Assembly (NCBI RefSeq): GCF_006345805.1
Contig: NC_043005.1
Location: 66,526,001 to 66,590,000, forward strand
Origin: Octopus sinensis
Lineage: Eukaryota
Direction of reading: 5' to 3'
DNA length: 64,000 nt
The notes under the pieces are model-generated. The model was given only the letters and a program-made list of their open reading frames with translations. It ran no database searches and was not told the origin of the DNA. Made by a program: the position numbers and the translations under genes. Shown piece after piece: positions 26,596 to 39,994 of the stretch (within the stretch, counting starts at the first letter, position 1; each line of letters opens with the position of its first letter).

Positions 26596-27661
26596 CATAC
26601 GTACATACATACATACATAAATACATACAAACATACATTTATACATATATACATACATAGACATATAGGTCACAAAGGTGATAGAGGTTACTGACTGGCA
26701 CCACTTTAGCTAAAAAATGTTAAAAACTCAAACGCCAAAAAGCACTTTCGAATCGCGATCTCGGTTTTTGATATATACCATCTTAGTCCTCATAAGCAAC
26801 TCTTAACGCCGAGGGTTAAACTCAACTACCTTTGTCAGTCTTATAGAAATTTATGGTAAACAAATACTAAATCTTACAGAATTGTGAAAATCCAACCAAC
26901 AACATTTCCCTTCATTTTGAATACCTTTTGTCCGATTCTAACGTGAATATTTGATGACTCAATAAAAAACCCGTCTGGATAGTTCTCAAAAACATTAGTA
27001 TACGTGCAGGAGTGAAATCATTTATTTTATCAGACTCTCAACTTTCATACTCTTTTGCCATTTGTTCGTGCATGTGTGTGTACCTGTGTGTGTGGTGTGT
27101 GTGAGTGTTCTATTACACCGGGATCACAGATGTGAAGTGTACAAATCTTTTTGGCGTGTCGCCTAGTTACTTAGTTGCACACGCATTAGGATCGAAGCTA
27201 ATGAATTTTACAACACCCACTCTCGGGCAATTGCCTTGTTCGTTAATAAGTTTTTAAATGCAAACGGCTGATTGCAATCTACACTTTTTAATGAAATAAT
27301 ATGCGTAACACGTTGGTGCACAGCAACTTTTTGCTAGAATAAAGAAAAGCTTAGAAAATTGTAAATCAAAGAATTTGTATTTGTGAAAAAAGAAAGATCT
27401 ACAATGAAAATATTCTGAAAGTAAAAGGAAAGTCTCGCAATACCGTGATAGTATCAGTCAAATCAAGTTGTATCAGAAAGAAATTAATACATCATAACAT
27501 GTATGATATATGGATTATATTAATTCACATCCGATAATATATGTAGTAGGAACAGAAAAAGGCAGAATTGATTGTAGCAATACTAATTTTTAAGTATTCA
27601 ATTATCTCCCCTTGCGTTCTCGAAATCACATCAAAGTTAAATTTGCTTGTCATCTTTCTAG

Positions 27662-27727
27662 GTTGCTCTGGGTTTGAGTGAAGAAATAATTACAGGATCC
27701 TATGAGATTGATGTTCTCGTCAAATAA
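27662..27727 (+). CDS. Candidate terminal coding exon (VALGLSEEIITGSYEIDVLVK*) of an unidentified gene
   Basis: Pyrimidine-rich acceptor ttgtcatctttctag|G, 21 codons plus stop, AATAAA at 27746. No homologue recognised. Confidence 0.3.
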   Translation, partial: VALGLSEEIITGSYEIDVLVK

Positions 27728-28773
27728 AAATATGCTTTCAATTTGAATAAAGACACCAATACAAATATTTCAAATATATACTGTTCTTACTCTAAATATT
27801 AATAAAAGAAAAAGAAATCAATGTCTTGCAGATCGAAATTAAAGCAGGATGAAAACCCAGTCGACAGAATCACTGTTAATTTAAAGCCATGAGGTTGCCT
27901 TTACAGAATAAGTGCAAATTTTTACACACTCCTAGATGCTGTTAAACGGTTCAAACAAACCCTTTTGGGGCGCAAGAAAGAGGTACAAAATAACAGGGAA
28001 GTGAAGTGGAATGAAAGAACAAAAAAGAATCAACGAAAGAGAGGAAGGCTAGAAACACAAGAAGGAAAAGTGGGTAGGAAAAAGGATAGAATTTAGGAGA
28101 ATGAGACTAGAGAATGGAGGTCAGAGAAAGAATGATTTAGAGCATAATGCTGAGGACATGGTGATATTTACTATAGCACCCTTTGGATTCTTTGCTTTCA
28201 CAATGGAGAAATTTCTGTTTCATGGTCTTTCAGCTACCAGATATATTTTGACGACGAGGTCGAACATTGCTAATTCTTGCATCTATACAATACATGTGGT
28301 ATGTAAATCGGGAGTTAAATGACATTCGAACTGGAAAAGTTTGCTCTGAGCACCAGCTCGCTTTCGCATTGTTGCTTCTAATCAACACTTATTAGTTTCT
28401 AAAGCTGCATTTTCACAAGAATGCAAGGATTTTTTTTCTTCTTTATTGTTGTCAAGAATCTGGGATCCGTTGCTATTCAAGCAATTATAAGTTACATTCA
28501 CAGCATTCCTCTTAATGTTTAAAGGATATCAGCAGAATGCGAGCAAGTGGAATTTTGACATGGTTCAGAGACTCTTGACTACATGGTTGATTGACTCATA
28601 AAAGTTTTCTGTTAAGTGTTGGATGTATTATATAAACAAGTTTGCCGTTAAAGCTATAGCTATTGAATGTAGTATTTATTTAAATAATGTCAGTGATATA
28701 AAGTTTGTCTATCTTCGGTTTATGATATGGGTAGTTTTTATCTACGTTAGGCCTCAAAATTATATCGAGATAA

Positions 28774-28884
28774 TTCACTGGTTTCAAGTTCGTAGTTATT
28801 AGTATTTTAATGTTGAACTTTCACTAACATATTTAAGCTATTCAACATTAAAATACCAATAACTACGAAATTGAAACCAGTGAA
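28774..28884. repeat. Near-perfect hairpin (44-bp arms, 23-nt loop)
   Basis: ttcactggtttcaagttcgtagttattagtattttaatgttgaa pairs with ttcaacattaaaataccaataactacgaaattgaaaccagtgaa. Confidence 0.9.
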
Positions 28885-29084
28885 ATCAACCTTTCTTGAC
28901 AAATCTAAATTAATGAAAGTTGTGCTAATGTGCCATTACGTATATCTAGATCATTAATTTTACTTACCAGTTCTTCAATCAATCGTCTTATAAGAATACG
29001 TATGAACGTCAAATAATACAGTATATTCAATAGTCCTGGTTTAACGCTAAGATAGTTTATATAATATTCTACCCAACTACACTC

Positions 29085-29118
<34 letters not shown>

Positions 29119-30850
29119 GTGTGTGTGTGTGTGTGTGGTGTGTGTGTGTGTGCTTGTATTAAAAACCCACAGCTATACAACGGTTAAAATTCTATCAGGG
29201 GATTTTCAGAATTGCTTATTACTTCTATTGGTATAATATGATTTGTAGCCTTGTTGTCCTACTATGGCCATTCCGATCATGTGAATAGAAAATATTTATA
29301 GTACAGTTATTCTAAATGTTATTCTAGATGGTAATCACGAGAGCGTAGATGTAACTTTATCATTTGTTATCACTAGACTATAAATTTCAGGCTGTTGGCG
29401 TCACACATTTTTGGAGACATTAGGAAATACTTCTGTCTTGGGGTCTGCCATTACTTTGTTACTGATCGTGTTTTTGTTCCTTATCTGGTTATCGAGTTTT
29501 GCTTCATATTTTGCCCTCTGTATATTTTCCATGACTAACCTGTTTTGTATGTGTTTTTTAATGTATTTCCTGTTATCAATCAGTGTTTTAATAATCTGAC
29601 TTGTTTTCTGTTGTGTGATATATTTGTCAATAATGTAGAGGAATTATGGCTTTTGCATTCACTGCAAGCGTTAGAATAATGATACTTGCATTGGTATTTG
29701 TACGTTCTATTCGCGCTTTGATTTTATTACACAATTACAATATTGTGGGTCCTTGTTTCTGTGAAGATTTTATGGCGTAAAGCATAACTGTGCGTTTAAA
29801 AAGTTCGCTTGGAAATTACGTAGGTCCATATTCCATCCCATAGCCCTTGAAATCAGCTAAGCGTAATATGCCACAGTTTAACGTGACCCAAGTTTATTGG
29901 GGAGATTGTGTAGTTAAAAGCTGGTACAAATGTGCGACAACTAATTTATCATTCGGGTTCATACTATAGACTCTATATTGGGAAGCTTTAGCGAAATCCA
30001 GACAGTTCCACCTGGAGAATATGGAATATCTGAAATTTCATGCTTCTCCTCCCTCCACTCTCTTCTTTTTATGAATAACTTAAGAAGAACAAAGATGTGA
30101 ATTCAGGTGATTAAGAGTTGGTGTACTGAAAGACTGGTATAATGAGTTCTAATGTTTTAAAATTTTGCTCTGAGGAAGACACGGTAAACAAAACCCAGTA
30201 ATAATTGTTATAGATTCTTAAGAATGGGAGATAACTTCATGGAATAGAAAAAAAATTCTTTATCGTAATTTGCACGCCAGGAAATTGACAGTCGCCGTAC
30301 TGTATACAGTACACTACACTTTTAATAATTATTAAAATTCATGCCAGTAACCATCTTGTGGTAGTTTTAATTTATGCAAATTAAATGTAGCCAAAAGATA
30401 TAACCAACACATTTTCTATATGCAAAAATGGCAAGATGCTAACAACGTTTAATAAAACAAAATATATATACGTAATTTTTGCTTGAAGAATGCCTCAAAA
30501 ATGCGAGGAAACTAGTCATGTGCGATTCTCATAATCTCTACGTGATGGAAAGAGAACTTATTTTAATGGATGTTCTAACCGTTTCAAACGTAATCATCAG
30601 CTAAACACAATTAAAGTCATGTACATGTGTGTGCGTGTGTAAGTATAAATTATCATAAAAATACAGACATGTGAGCGCTCACACATATACGCTTTAGGAC
30701 ACTTTATGTTATTTACAATACATATAATTCTCAAGTAAATTCTGCTGCTAATCACAAGAATGACAATGGTTTCCTGATCACTTTCCTAGCAATTCCATTT
30801 CAAATGTTTAACACATTGTTTAATCTACTCTATAAACATGTACATATATA

Positions 30851-32040
30851 TCAGGCTGAATAAAAAGTAAGCAGCGTTTTAAAACATGAAATTCATCACA
30901 ATATATTTGAACAATGCGGAAATTTTATTCATCAAGTAAGTACCATTACAACCAAAACATTTTTGCCAAAGAGTTATAAGTTTGTTTATTCCGGTAACAT
31001 AAAAATATTGGCTCCTGAAGCTGATGAACTCTTTGAACATACTTTCAGCATCGCTTGGATTTTTGAACTCCCCTCTCGCAGGAAATCATCAAGGCGCTTG
31101 AAAAAGTGGTAGTCGGCGAGAGAAAGGTCTGGAGAATAAGTTTGGTGAAGAGTGATTGGCCCTCTTCTGTTGACCAGTCTAGGACGGAGAAATGGCAGTT
31201 TTTGTTTTGTTAATTTTGGCAATTTCCTAGCAATATGTTTCTGCAGTAATGGTTTTTCCCCTTTTAGGAAGTTATAGTGCACCATCAAATAGTCATCATA
31301 ACCTTCTTTTTAAAGAGTTCGAGTTTAGGGAAGGTTTTCAGTGCTTCATTTTGTTCCAAACACTGCGAAGAACGTTTTATTATTATTATTGTTATTGTAA
31401 AGAATCCACTTTTCATTGCAAGTTACAATATGGTCGAGAACTGAATCGGTTTGGTTACGGAGAGGCAGCGACGAACAAATTTCATATCTGCGCATTTTCT
31501 GATTTTCAAATCGTGTGGTACCCATTTGTCAAGGTCTTTTGATTTTTCTGATCGAATGCAAATAATAGCAGTTATTTTTCTGGCTAACCTGAAGTTCTTT
31601 TGCCAGTTCTCGAGTGGCTTTAAGGGGATCTTTCTCAATGACGGTCTTTAATTGATCATCATCTATGACCTATGGGCGTCCATTACGCTCACGATCTTCA
31701 AGGCTCAAGTATCGACTACGAAATCGTTTAAACCATTTTCGAGTTGACCAGTCACTGTTCATTTCCTCGTTGATATCGCGAGCAGTTTCAACTGCTTTAC
31801 ATCCTTTTTTGAAGTTGAATAGCAAAATTGCTGGAATATCACGCTTTGATAGTTCCAATTCAGATGATAGTAACAACATTGAAAAAAATATCAATATTAA
31901 TTTATTAATGCATTTAGGCAAATCTATGTGTGTTTTATCAGACAATTGCAAAAAACTGTTTTAACAAATTCAAAACTCTTCAAAAATCCGCTACAAATTC
32001 TTCATGGAACTAAACGGTGCTTACTTTTTACTCAAACTGA
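30851..32040 (-). mobile_element. Defective mariner transposon with both TIRs
   Basis: ~40-bp imperfect TIRs with TA on both sides. Fragments KWFKRFRS...LEDRERNGRP, KWVPHDL (WVPHEL motif) and YSPDLSLADYHFF (YSPDL motif). Confidence 0.93.
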
Positions 32041-32110
32041 TACACACACACACACAACACACACACTATATATATATATATATGTATAAATTAATTTATA
32101 TACATACACA

Positions 32111-32170
<60 letters not shown>

Positions 32171-32464
32171 CATACATATATATGTGTGTGTGTAATAATT
32201 TTGAAGGATTCTTCTATGCATAAATTGCATTTCTTCTTATTAATTTTATAAGCCGTTGCAGAAGCAATATTATCCCATTTAATTTAAAATTCAATGTTAT
32301 TATCCTTCAGTCCCCATAAAAATTTGCTTAATCCAGGCACATGGATACATATCTATATGTGTGTGTTTGTATGTGCGTGTGCTCGCGCGCGCGTATATAT
32401 ATATATATATATATAGATAGATAGATACGTACATGCACTCATATAAATTCTATGATTTTATTCA

Positions 32465-32843
32465 TCTCTCTCTATATAAACGGCAGTTTGTCTGTGCGTT
32501 TTCTGTGTGTCTGTTTGCTTGTACCCTCACCCTGACCACGGCTTTCAACCGATTCTGATGAAACTTGACACACACATAGCCCAATGTCATAATTCAAAAC
32601 TAACGCAGCGAAAATTTTGAAAAGTTCCCCCAGTTCTGAAAAAAATCGATAAATTCGACATGGGGTCGAGAATCAGAAACACCAACTGCAAACTGTCTAG
32701 GGGACGCAACTCCACCTTTTTAACTAAAAAAATTTTACCAACATTTTTTTCCATTTTTTTGCTATTTTTTGGCTATAACCCTCTAAAAATGCTTTATAGT
32801 TATTTCCCTTACAAACCTGAGCAACGCCGGGCGATACTGCTAG
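32465..32843 (+). mobile_element. Non-autonomous Helitron
   Basis: TC start and 3' gagcaacgccgggcgatactgCTAG|T, shared with the end at 45426. Confidence 0.75.
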
Positions 32844-33074
32844 TAATTTATAAATGAATATTTCATTCTTTTATTAGCTATAAAGTTATGTTATTTATAT
32901 GTAACTTCCCTCTACCATCTCTATTTATTGTTCTGTTATTCACCCATTCTGCTTTATCTTTAATCAACATGTAGCCACCTCGCCCGAGCATATAACAATA
33001 CAAATCATAAACCGTAACTATCCGTCTGCTAAAATGTATTCACAAGCACACATATAACATCCAAAGGTACATCT

Positions 33075-33160
33075 TTTTACCTCTGATAAAATTATACTCA
33101 TGTCACATGAATGTATACTTAATGTTTATTGAGTATCAATTGAAACAGCTGTAGGTGAAG
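33075..33160 (+). ncRNA. Decayed type I hammerhead with long stem II
   Basis: ttttacct-CUGAUAA-aatt.atactca...tgagtat.caatt-GAAA-cagctg-U-aggtgaag. G8 is changed to A and one A is missing at the cleavage site. Confidence 0.6.
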
Positions 33161-33211
33161 ATGACCAATTTGCTGTTAATAATAAAAGAATTTCTAACTT
33201 CCTAATCTCCA

Positions 33212-33325
33212 TTTCTTCTTCTTCTTCTTTTCTTCTTCTTCTTCTTCTTCTTCTTCTTCTTCTTCTTCTTCTTCTTCTTCTTCTTTCTTCTTCTTCTTCT
33301 TCTTCTTCTTCTTCTTCTTCTTCAT
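33212..33325. repeat. (TCT)n microsatellite
   Basis: Direct observation. Confidence 0.95.
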
Positions 33326-33570
33326 TCATTCCGTGTCTGTGACACGTAAAAGCACCAACCGATCGTGGCCGGGCGTTTGCCAGCCTCCTCCGGCCTCTGT
33401 GCCGGTGGCACGTAAAGAGCACCCGCTACACTCACGGAGTGGTTGGCGTTAGGAAGGGCATCCAGCTGTAGAAACACTGCCAGATCAGACTGGAGCCTGG
33501 TGCAGCCTCCTGGCTTCCCAGACCCGGTCGAACCGTCCAACCCATGCTAGCATGGAAAATGGATGTTAAT
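33326..33570 (+). mobile_element. RTE-related short repeat / LINE 3' end
   Basis: ggttggcgttaggaagggcatccagc...catgctagcatggaaaatggatgttaa. Family assignment is from recollection of mollusc repeats and was not searched. Confidence 0.55.
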
Positions 33571-33577
33571 CAATGTA

Positions 33578-33632
<55 letters not shown>

Positions 33633-34103
33633 ACGCGCGCGTGTGCATCTGTGTATTTACATATAACATGTGTAAAGTAGACTTGAATTTTCATTTCAGT
33701 CTGAAAGAGCAGTATTTACTGACACAAATTTCAAGAATATTTGTAGGAATGAGATAACGAAGATTAAGTTAAAAGAATAGTGGTAGCTTTAAGCGATGTG
33801 ACACTTCCTGAAGCGTTTATTAATGAAAATTGTAACTACACGCAGACAACGTGGAAATATCGAGATAATTGCTTCAACTGAGTAAAAAAAAAGAGATAAA
33901 AGAAAACATGGAAAAGAAATGGGAACAAAAATCAACTGAAATATACGAAAACAAAACAAATACATTGATGGAAAGTAATCAAAAAACAAATAGGTAAATA
34001 AACTTGAAATAATTTCATTTTTCCGTTTCGCTGGAGGGTTTTGAAGACCGAGAAAGATTATAAATGTTGCTCCAAGGTTCGTATCTTAGAACTACCACGA
34101 AGT

Positions 34104-34159
<56 letters not shown>

Positions 34160-34240
34160 GGTCCCGGGTTTGATTCGGTGTTAACCACAGTAAATAAGGT
34201 ACTTCATACATAGAGTAAAATTAATTTATTATATAGAAGG

Positions 34241-34291
34241 AGCTTCTACAGGACTAGAACTGTTTCATTCAAGAGAAATCTTCAGGAAGCT
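34241..34291 (-). ncRNA. Type I hammerhead ribozyme (stem II closed by U.U)
   Basis: agcttc-CUGAAGA-uuuc(ucuu)gaau-GAAA-cag(uucuaguc)cug-UA|gaagcu. Stem I is 6 bp, stem III is 4 bp, and the triplet is GUA. Confidence 0.75.
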
Positions 34292-34884
34292 AGTTAACAA
34301 GAATTGTATTGGCATTTATACATTTAGGCAGGTTTAAAGGGGTGTTGGTGGGGACTTTTTGGGGGTAGGCATAGCGAAAAAATCACATACTTGGGGGAGT
34401 GGTCAAGGAGTCAGTGTTAAATTAGATAGAAGAATAAATAAAAAAAAAAATAAAAAAAAATCTATATATAAAAAAAAAGGGAATAGAGTTTGAGGTAAAT
34501 AAGGAGATTCTCACTTATACCTATGCACACATGTTACATACATACACACACATCCAAACATTATACATATACTAACACACATACATACACACACATATAT
34601 ATACATATATTACACTTACACATACACATACATATACATATCTACACAGACACATATATTATCCATACACACACTCACATGCATACACTATACCCACATG
34701 TATATATACACACACGACCACACATACATATACGCACAGAAAATATATATACACATACACACACATACTCACTACCCGCATCACACATATCCACACCACA
34801 CATGCACACACAGCACACTAGTCCCTATATCCACACATATACACATACACACACATATACACACACATACATACATATACATAC

Positions 34885-34941
<57 letters not shown>

Positions 34942-35347
34942 GTGTACCTATGCAATCCTACACATACACACATATATATACACATACAAATACAGACCCA
35001 TTCCCCTATTTAATTTTATATCTTCCGTTTATTACTTTTTGTTATCTTTTGGCCGCTTGGTCACAAACATCTTGGCTATGACAGCCAGTCCATTTATCTG
35101 TCTACTGAAAACAAGCACTCATTCACTCACGCACACTCTTAGCACGTACACTCACTCATTCGTACACTCATACACAACACCCGCACGCACGCGTTATATT
35201 CATACATACATACATCTACATACATTCACGTATATACACATACGTACATGTACCTACAGATTCATGTCTACACTCTTAGAAGGCTAGTCTATATATATAC
35301 ACCATAAATATAAATACACACACATACATATACACCTACATACAAAT

Positions 35348-35403
<56 letters not shown>

Positions 35404-35805
35404 TATATATTCACATATATATACACACATATATTATTATATATATCACACACATACGCATACACACACATATACATATATATACACTACACGCACATAC
35501 ACATGTACATGCGTAACCCATACACACACACACACGCGCGCGCATCCATATATACAACATAAGTACACACATGCGTAAAAGTATAATATTCTATGCTTAC
35601 AACATACACCACACACACACGCGCCTCCTTATATTCATACTTACATGCATACTCAAAAAATAAGTAAATAGTAAAATATATACGCGCAGTTATTCGTACA
35701 TGCATACTCAAAAATAATAATAAATATTAAGTATATGTACGTGCAGTTACCTATTATATAGACGGATACATACATATAAACTTCACACACATATATATAT
35801 ATACA

Positions 35806-35853
<48 letters not shown>

Positions 35854-36743
35854 CAAATTATTACATTATACAAAAGGGCCAGCAAAACAAATTACCCCGC
35901 CGCACACCGAACTCATCAGAAATAGTAGCCAAAAAAAACCTTTCAAAACCATTTCCAACACCCAAACGTGCTAAAGAGTGTGCGTGAGTGAATGAGTGCT
36001 TGTTTTCCAGTAACAGATAAATGGACTGGCTGTCATAGCCAAGATGTTTGTGACCAAGCGGCCAAAGATTAACAAAAGTAATAAACGAAGATAATAAAAT
36101 TAAAATTAGGGATGGGTCTGTATTGTATGTGTATATATATGTGTGTAATGTGTAGGTATGCATAGTACACATATATATCTATATATATATCTATATATAT
36201 ATATACATATATGTATATGTATGTATGTGTGTGTATATGTGTTGTAGTGTATATATGTGTATATAGGACTAGTGTGCTGTGTGTGCATGTGTGTGTGTGG
36301 ATATGTTGTATGCGTGTATGTGAGTATGTGGTGTGTATGTGTATATAATTTTTCTGTGCGTATATGTATGTGTGGTCGTGTGTGTATATATACATGTTTG
36401 TATACGTGTATGCATGTGAGTGTGTGTATGGACATATAGTGTATTTGTAGATATGTATATGTATGTGTATGTGTAAGTGTATATATATGTATATATAGTG
36501 TGGGTATGTATGTATACATGTGTGCATAGGTATAAGTGAGAATCTCCTTATTTACCTAAACCCTTTTTTTTATATATAGATTTTTTTATTTTTTATTTTT
36601 ATTTATTCTTCTATCTAATTTAACACTGCTCCTTGACCACTCCCCCATATGATATTTTTGCGCTATGCCTACCCCCAAAAAGTCCCCCACCAACACCCCT
36701 TTAAACCTGCCTAATGTATAAATGCAATACAATTCTGTTAACT

Positions 36744-36796
36744 AGCTTCCTGAAGATTTCTCTCTTGAATGAAACAGTTCTAGTCCTGTAGAAGCT
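36744..36796 (+). ncRNA. Type I hammerhead ribozyme, twin of 34241-34291
   Basis: Same sequence with 2 extra nt in loop II. Predicted cleavage after 36790. Confidence 0.75.
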
Positions 36797-36826
36797 CCTT
36801 CTATATAATAAATTTAATATATATAT

Positions 36827-36857
<31 letters not shown>

Positions 36858-37744
36858 GCATGCATGTATGTATGTATGTATGATGTATGTATGTATGTAT
36901 GTATGTATGTATGAATGTATGTATGTATGCATGTATGTATTTATGTATGTATGTATTTATGTATGTATGTATGTTTAAATTTGTAATGTTTGGATTCGTA
37001 GAATCGTGTGACTATCACAGAAAGCTCTTCCATCGGTCTCAGCTTACAGGCTACCTAGTAATCGAATACAGAGAAATATAAGACACAATTCCATGCTGCT
37101 GAATTCCTGGAGATTCGAACGACGAAATTATTTTGCGAGCTGTATATAAACCATAAGTCAGAAGTTATGAGAGATAAATATATTTATTTAACTGCATGAC
37201 ATCTTTAGGATTACGGCTCTTTAGCTGACATCGTGAAATAATACTAAATTATGTTTACATGTCAGTATTAATATCCTTGCTACGCAGTGCACAATACAAT
37301 ATAATGGAAGCTAGCGCAACATATCACCAGGACATTATGGATACATTAACGATTCATTTCTAGGCATACATATCAAATTTTCTCTTTATATTTACACAAT
37401 CTACAGAAGACCAAGTCTAGATAAAGTTTGCATTGTATGGTCTGTAACATATTGTTTTATATCAATTAGGTTGCTAGATCTAAGTTCAGGGAATTAACCA
37501 TCCTTAATGTTAACAACAAACAAGAAGGGATAAAATAATGAAGTAAAGAAGTTACAGTACATATGAAAAAATAAATTATTCTAAAAATGATGTAAAAGTA
37601 TATATAAAAAAAAATCTACTTTTCTAGGATTAATATAGTAGAATTACACATTCAAACTCACACAGTTGTACTCATTAATATACATATAAATCAAACAGTG
37701 ACAAACGTTTGCTCTCACAAAAACATATATATGTAAATGTAGGC

Positions 37745-38130
37745 CCAGGCGTGGATGTGTGGTAAGAAGCTTGCTTCCCAACCACATGCTTCCGGGTTCA
37801 TTCCCACGTAAAACCTTGGGCAAGTGTATTCTACTATAGCCTCGGGCTGTATATATATGTATGTGTGTGTGTATGTGTATGTGGGTGTGTGTGTGTGTGT
37901 TTGTATGTGTATTCGTGTGCGTTTGTCTATGTTTAACTCCCCGCCGTCGCTTGACAACAAATGCTGGTGCTTTTATATCCTCGTAACTAAGCAGTTCGGC
38001 AAAAGATAGCGATAGAATAAGTACTAGGCTAACAAAGAATAAACCCTGGGGTCGATTTCGTCGACTAATACCATTTAAGGCGGTTCTCCAGCATGGCCGC
38101 AGTCAAATGACGGAAAAAGTAAAAAAAAAA
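37745..38130 (+). mobile_element. tRNA-type SINE family 1
   Basis: Similar to 12353-12776. Confidence 0.85.
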
Positions 38131-38409
38131 AACAAAAGAATAAAAGAATACACATCGTAAGTATAAACAGACTGACACATATAAATACATACAAAAACGC
38201 GTAGGTACATATATATGCCTATAGATATGTATATTCACAGGCACACATGAACATGGGAGTATACACACACACACACACACACCTACAAACATAATAAATC
38301 CTAATGCCAATACATACCCATACAAGTACGTTCAATTGCAGACACACATCACACGTACATACAAAGAAGCATACGCACATATATAATACATATATAAACA
38401 GACATACAT

Positions 38410-38603
38410 AATTTCTTTGTAGCCAACCTGAAGATTTATGCTAAAAGTGTTAACAAAGCCCCCCCCCCCCCAAAAAAAAAAAACCAACTGGAATTGAAAA
38501 CATTTTCAGCTGATATAGGCATGGAATTTGGCCAAAAGAAATGTTCATATTTGGGTATAGATCGAGGAAAGTCAGTCCCTCAAATCCAAGACCTGAGCGT
38601 CAG

Positions 38604-38649
<46 letters not shown>

Positions 38650-39560
38650 ATCCCACATAAAGAATGCTACAAGTACCTAGGCATAGACGAAAATATATCA
38701 TATGAAGGCACTGTGAATAAAGATAGGGTGAACGGAGAATATTGCACCAGACTTAGGAAAATATGGTAGTCGGAACTCTCCTCTTACAACAAAACAATAT
38801 CCCACAGTGCATTTTCAGTACAAGTGGTGATCTCAACATTTCGGATACTTGATTGATACTTGATTGGCCTTCGAATGCCGTATGCTATCACTCAGGCAGC
38901 ACCTGCTAAACAACAGCAGCAAAAATAAATATATTAATGCAGTCTTGAAAAGGGAAGTGAGCAACGTTGTACGAGTTGGCAGTGAACTCCCCAAGAAACT
39001 CTCTTCCTAATGATTTCCTATACAGCCCCAAAACAACTACGCTCTCTTACCTCAGAGAAGACCTGAATGGAAAGCACTCAGCATACAAAAACAAAAATAA
39101 GATAATAAATAAATGACCATGCATGCGTATGTTGGTCGGGCGCTTGAAGAAGACAGTAGAATTGACACGATGAGCATCATCTCTTGGACACAAGACCACT
39201 ACATCACATCACTCTTTGAAGTCTATGCGTTTGCAATCCAGGAACAGAAGATTGCTACAAAGTAGCTCTTGTAATCCCAATGTGCAACTGCATTTGTAGG
39301 CTATGTCATGTTTCTGTGGAAGACATTACGCATGTGATTAGCAACTGTCCAAAGATATCAGCAAGGTACTACCCCCCTATGCGGCACGATGTTGTTGCTA
39401 ATACAATCTATAATGCCATCCCCATAAAAGACTGTCCTGAAATAAACTTTAAAAATTCCTCTGTTATGGAGTATATTCATCAACACCGACTCAAGTAATA
39501 CTGGTGGAATATTCCCATCAAAACTTCTGTCAAATGTAAGCATGACAGGTCGGTTATTGT
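38410..39560 (+). mobile_element. R4/Dong-like RLE non-LTR relic (lineage H)
   Basis: FSADIGMEFGQKKC, YKYLGIDE and CRLCHVSVEDITHVISNC...RHD, with many stops. Confidence 0.8.
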
Positions 39561-39938
39561 TGTTTGGATACGGTAGAAATGAGATGCAACGTCACTATAT
39601 TGGCATTTGCCTTTCCCTTGGGTAACATCGGTTTCGTGGAGAAGTAAGTTTGCTATACATAGGCGACTGCTGATCTTTTTAAAACAAACTTGCCCGGTCT
39701 TGTGCCTCGGATGGGAACTTTCTAGGTGTAATTCCATGGTATATATATACATATATATATATAGACCGCAGCGGGAAATGCTTTACCAAAAAGGAAAACT
39801 ATAATTGTCAACTAAATATGACTAGAGTGTTACATCTTAGAATTAAGAGCTAAAACGCTCAAATGTTGCAGACAAAGCGCATAATTGTGTACATATATAC
39901 TGACAGACTTCAATTGCCCGAAAACGCCGATCGAGAAT

Positions 39939-39994
39939 TCCCTATGCTGACCGGTCACTTTCGGCAATTTTCGCTGCCTCATCAGTAAGGACTG
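39939..39994 (-). ncRNA. Hammerhead relic inside a degenerate palindrome (~39850-40070)
   Basis: uccuua-CUGAUGA-ggcag(cgaaaa)uugcc-GAAA-g.ugaccgguca.gca-uaggga. The core and stems I and II are intact, but the NUH triplet reads GCA. Confidence 0.65.

Larger units (their letters stand above)
34217..36817. mobile_element. Inverted duplication (arms 34217-35147 and 35966-36817), probable Penelope-like termini in inverted configuration
   Basis: The arms are reverse complements that differ mainly by indels, and each ends just past a hammerhead. The spacer is 818 bp. Confidence 0.7.

Noticed and set aside
30570-30605. Minus-strand CUGAUGA-uuacguuu-GAAAC
   Set aside because: Stem II cannot pair and stem I is out of register, so this is at best an unrecognisable relic.
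35148-35965. Simple missed-adapter foldback read as the explanation for the inverted duplication
   Set aside because: An 818-bp non-palindromic spacer separates the arms, unlike an adapter artefact. Misassembly is still not excluded.
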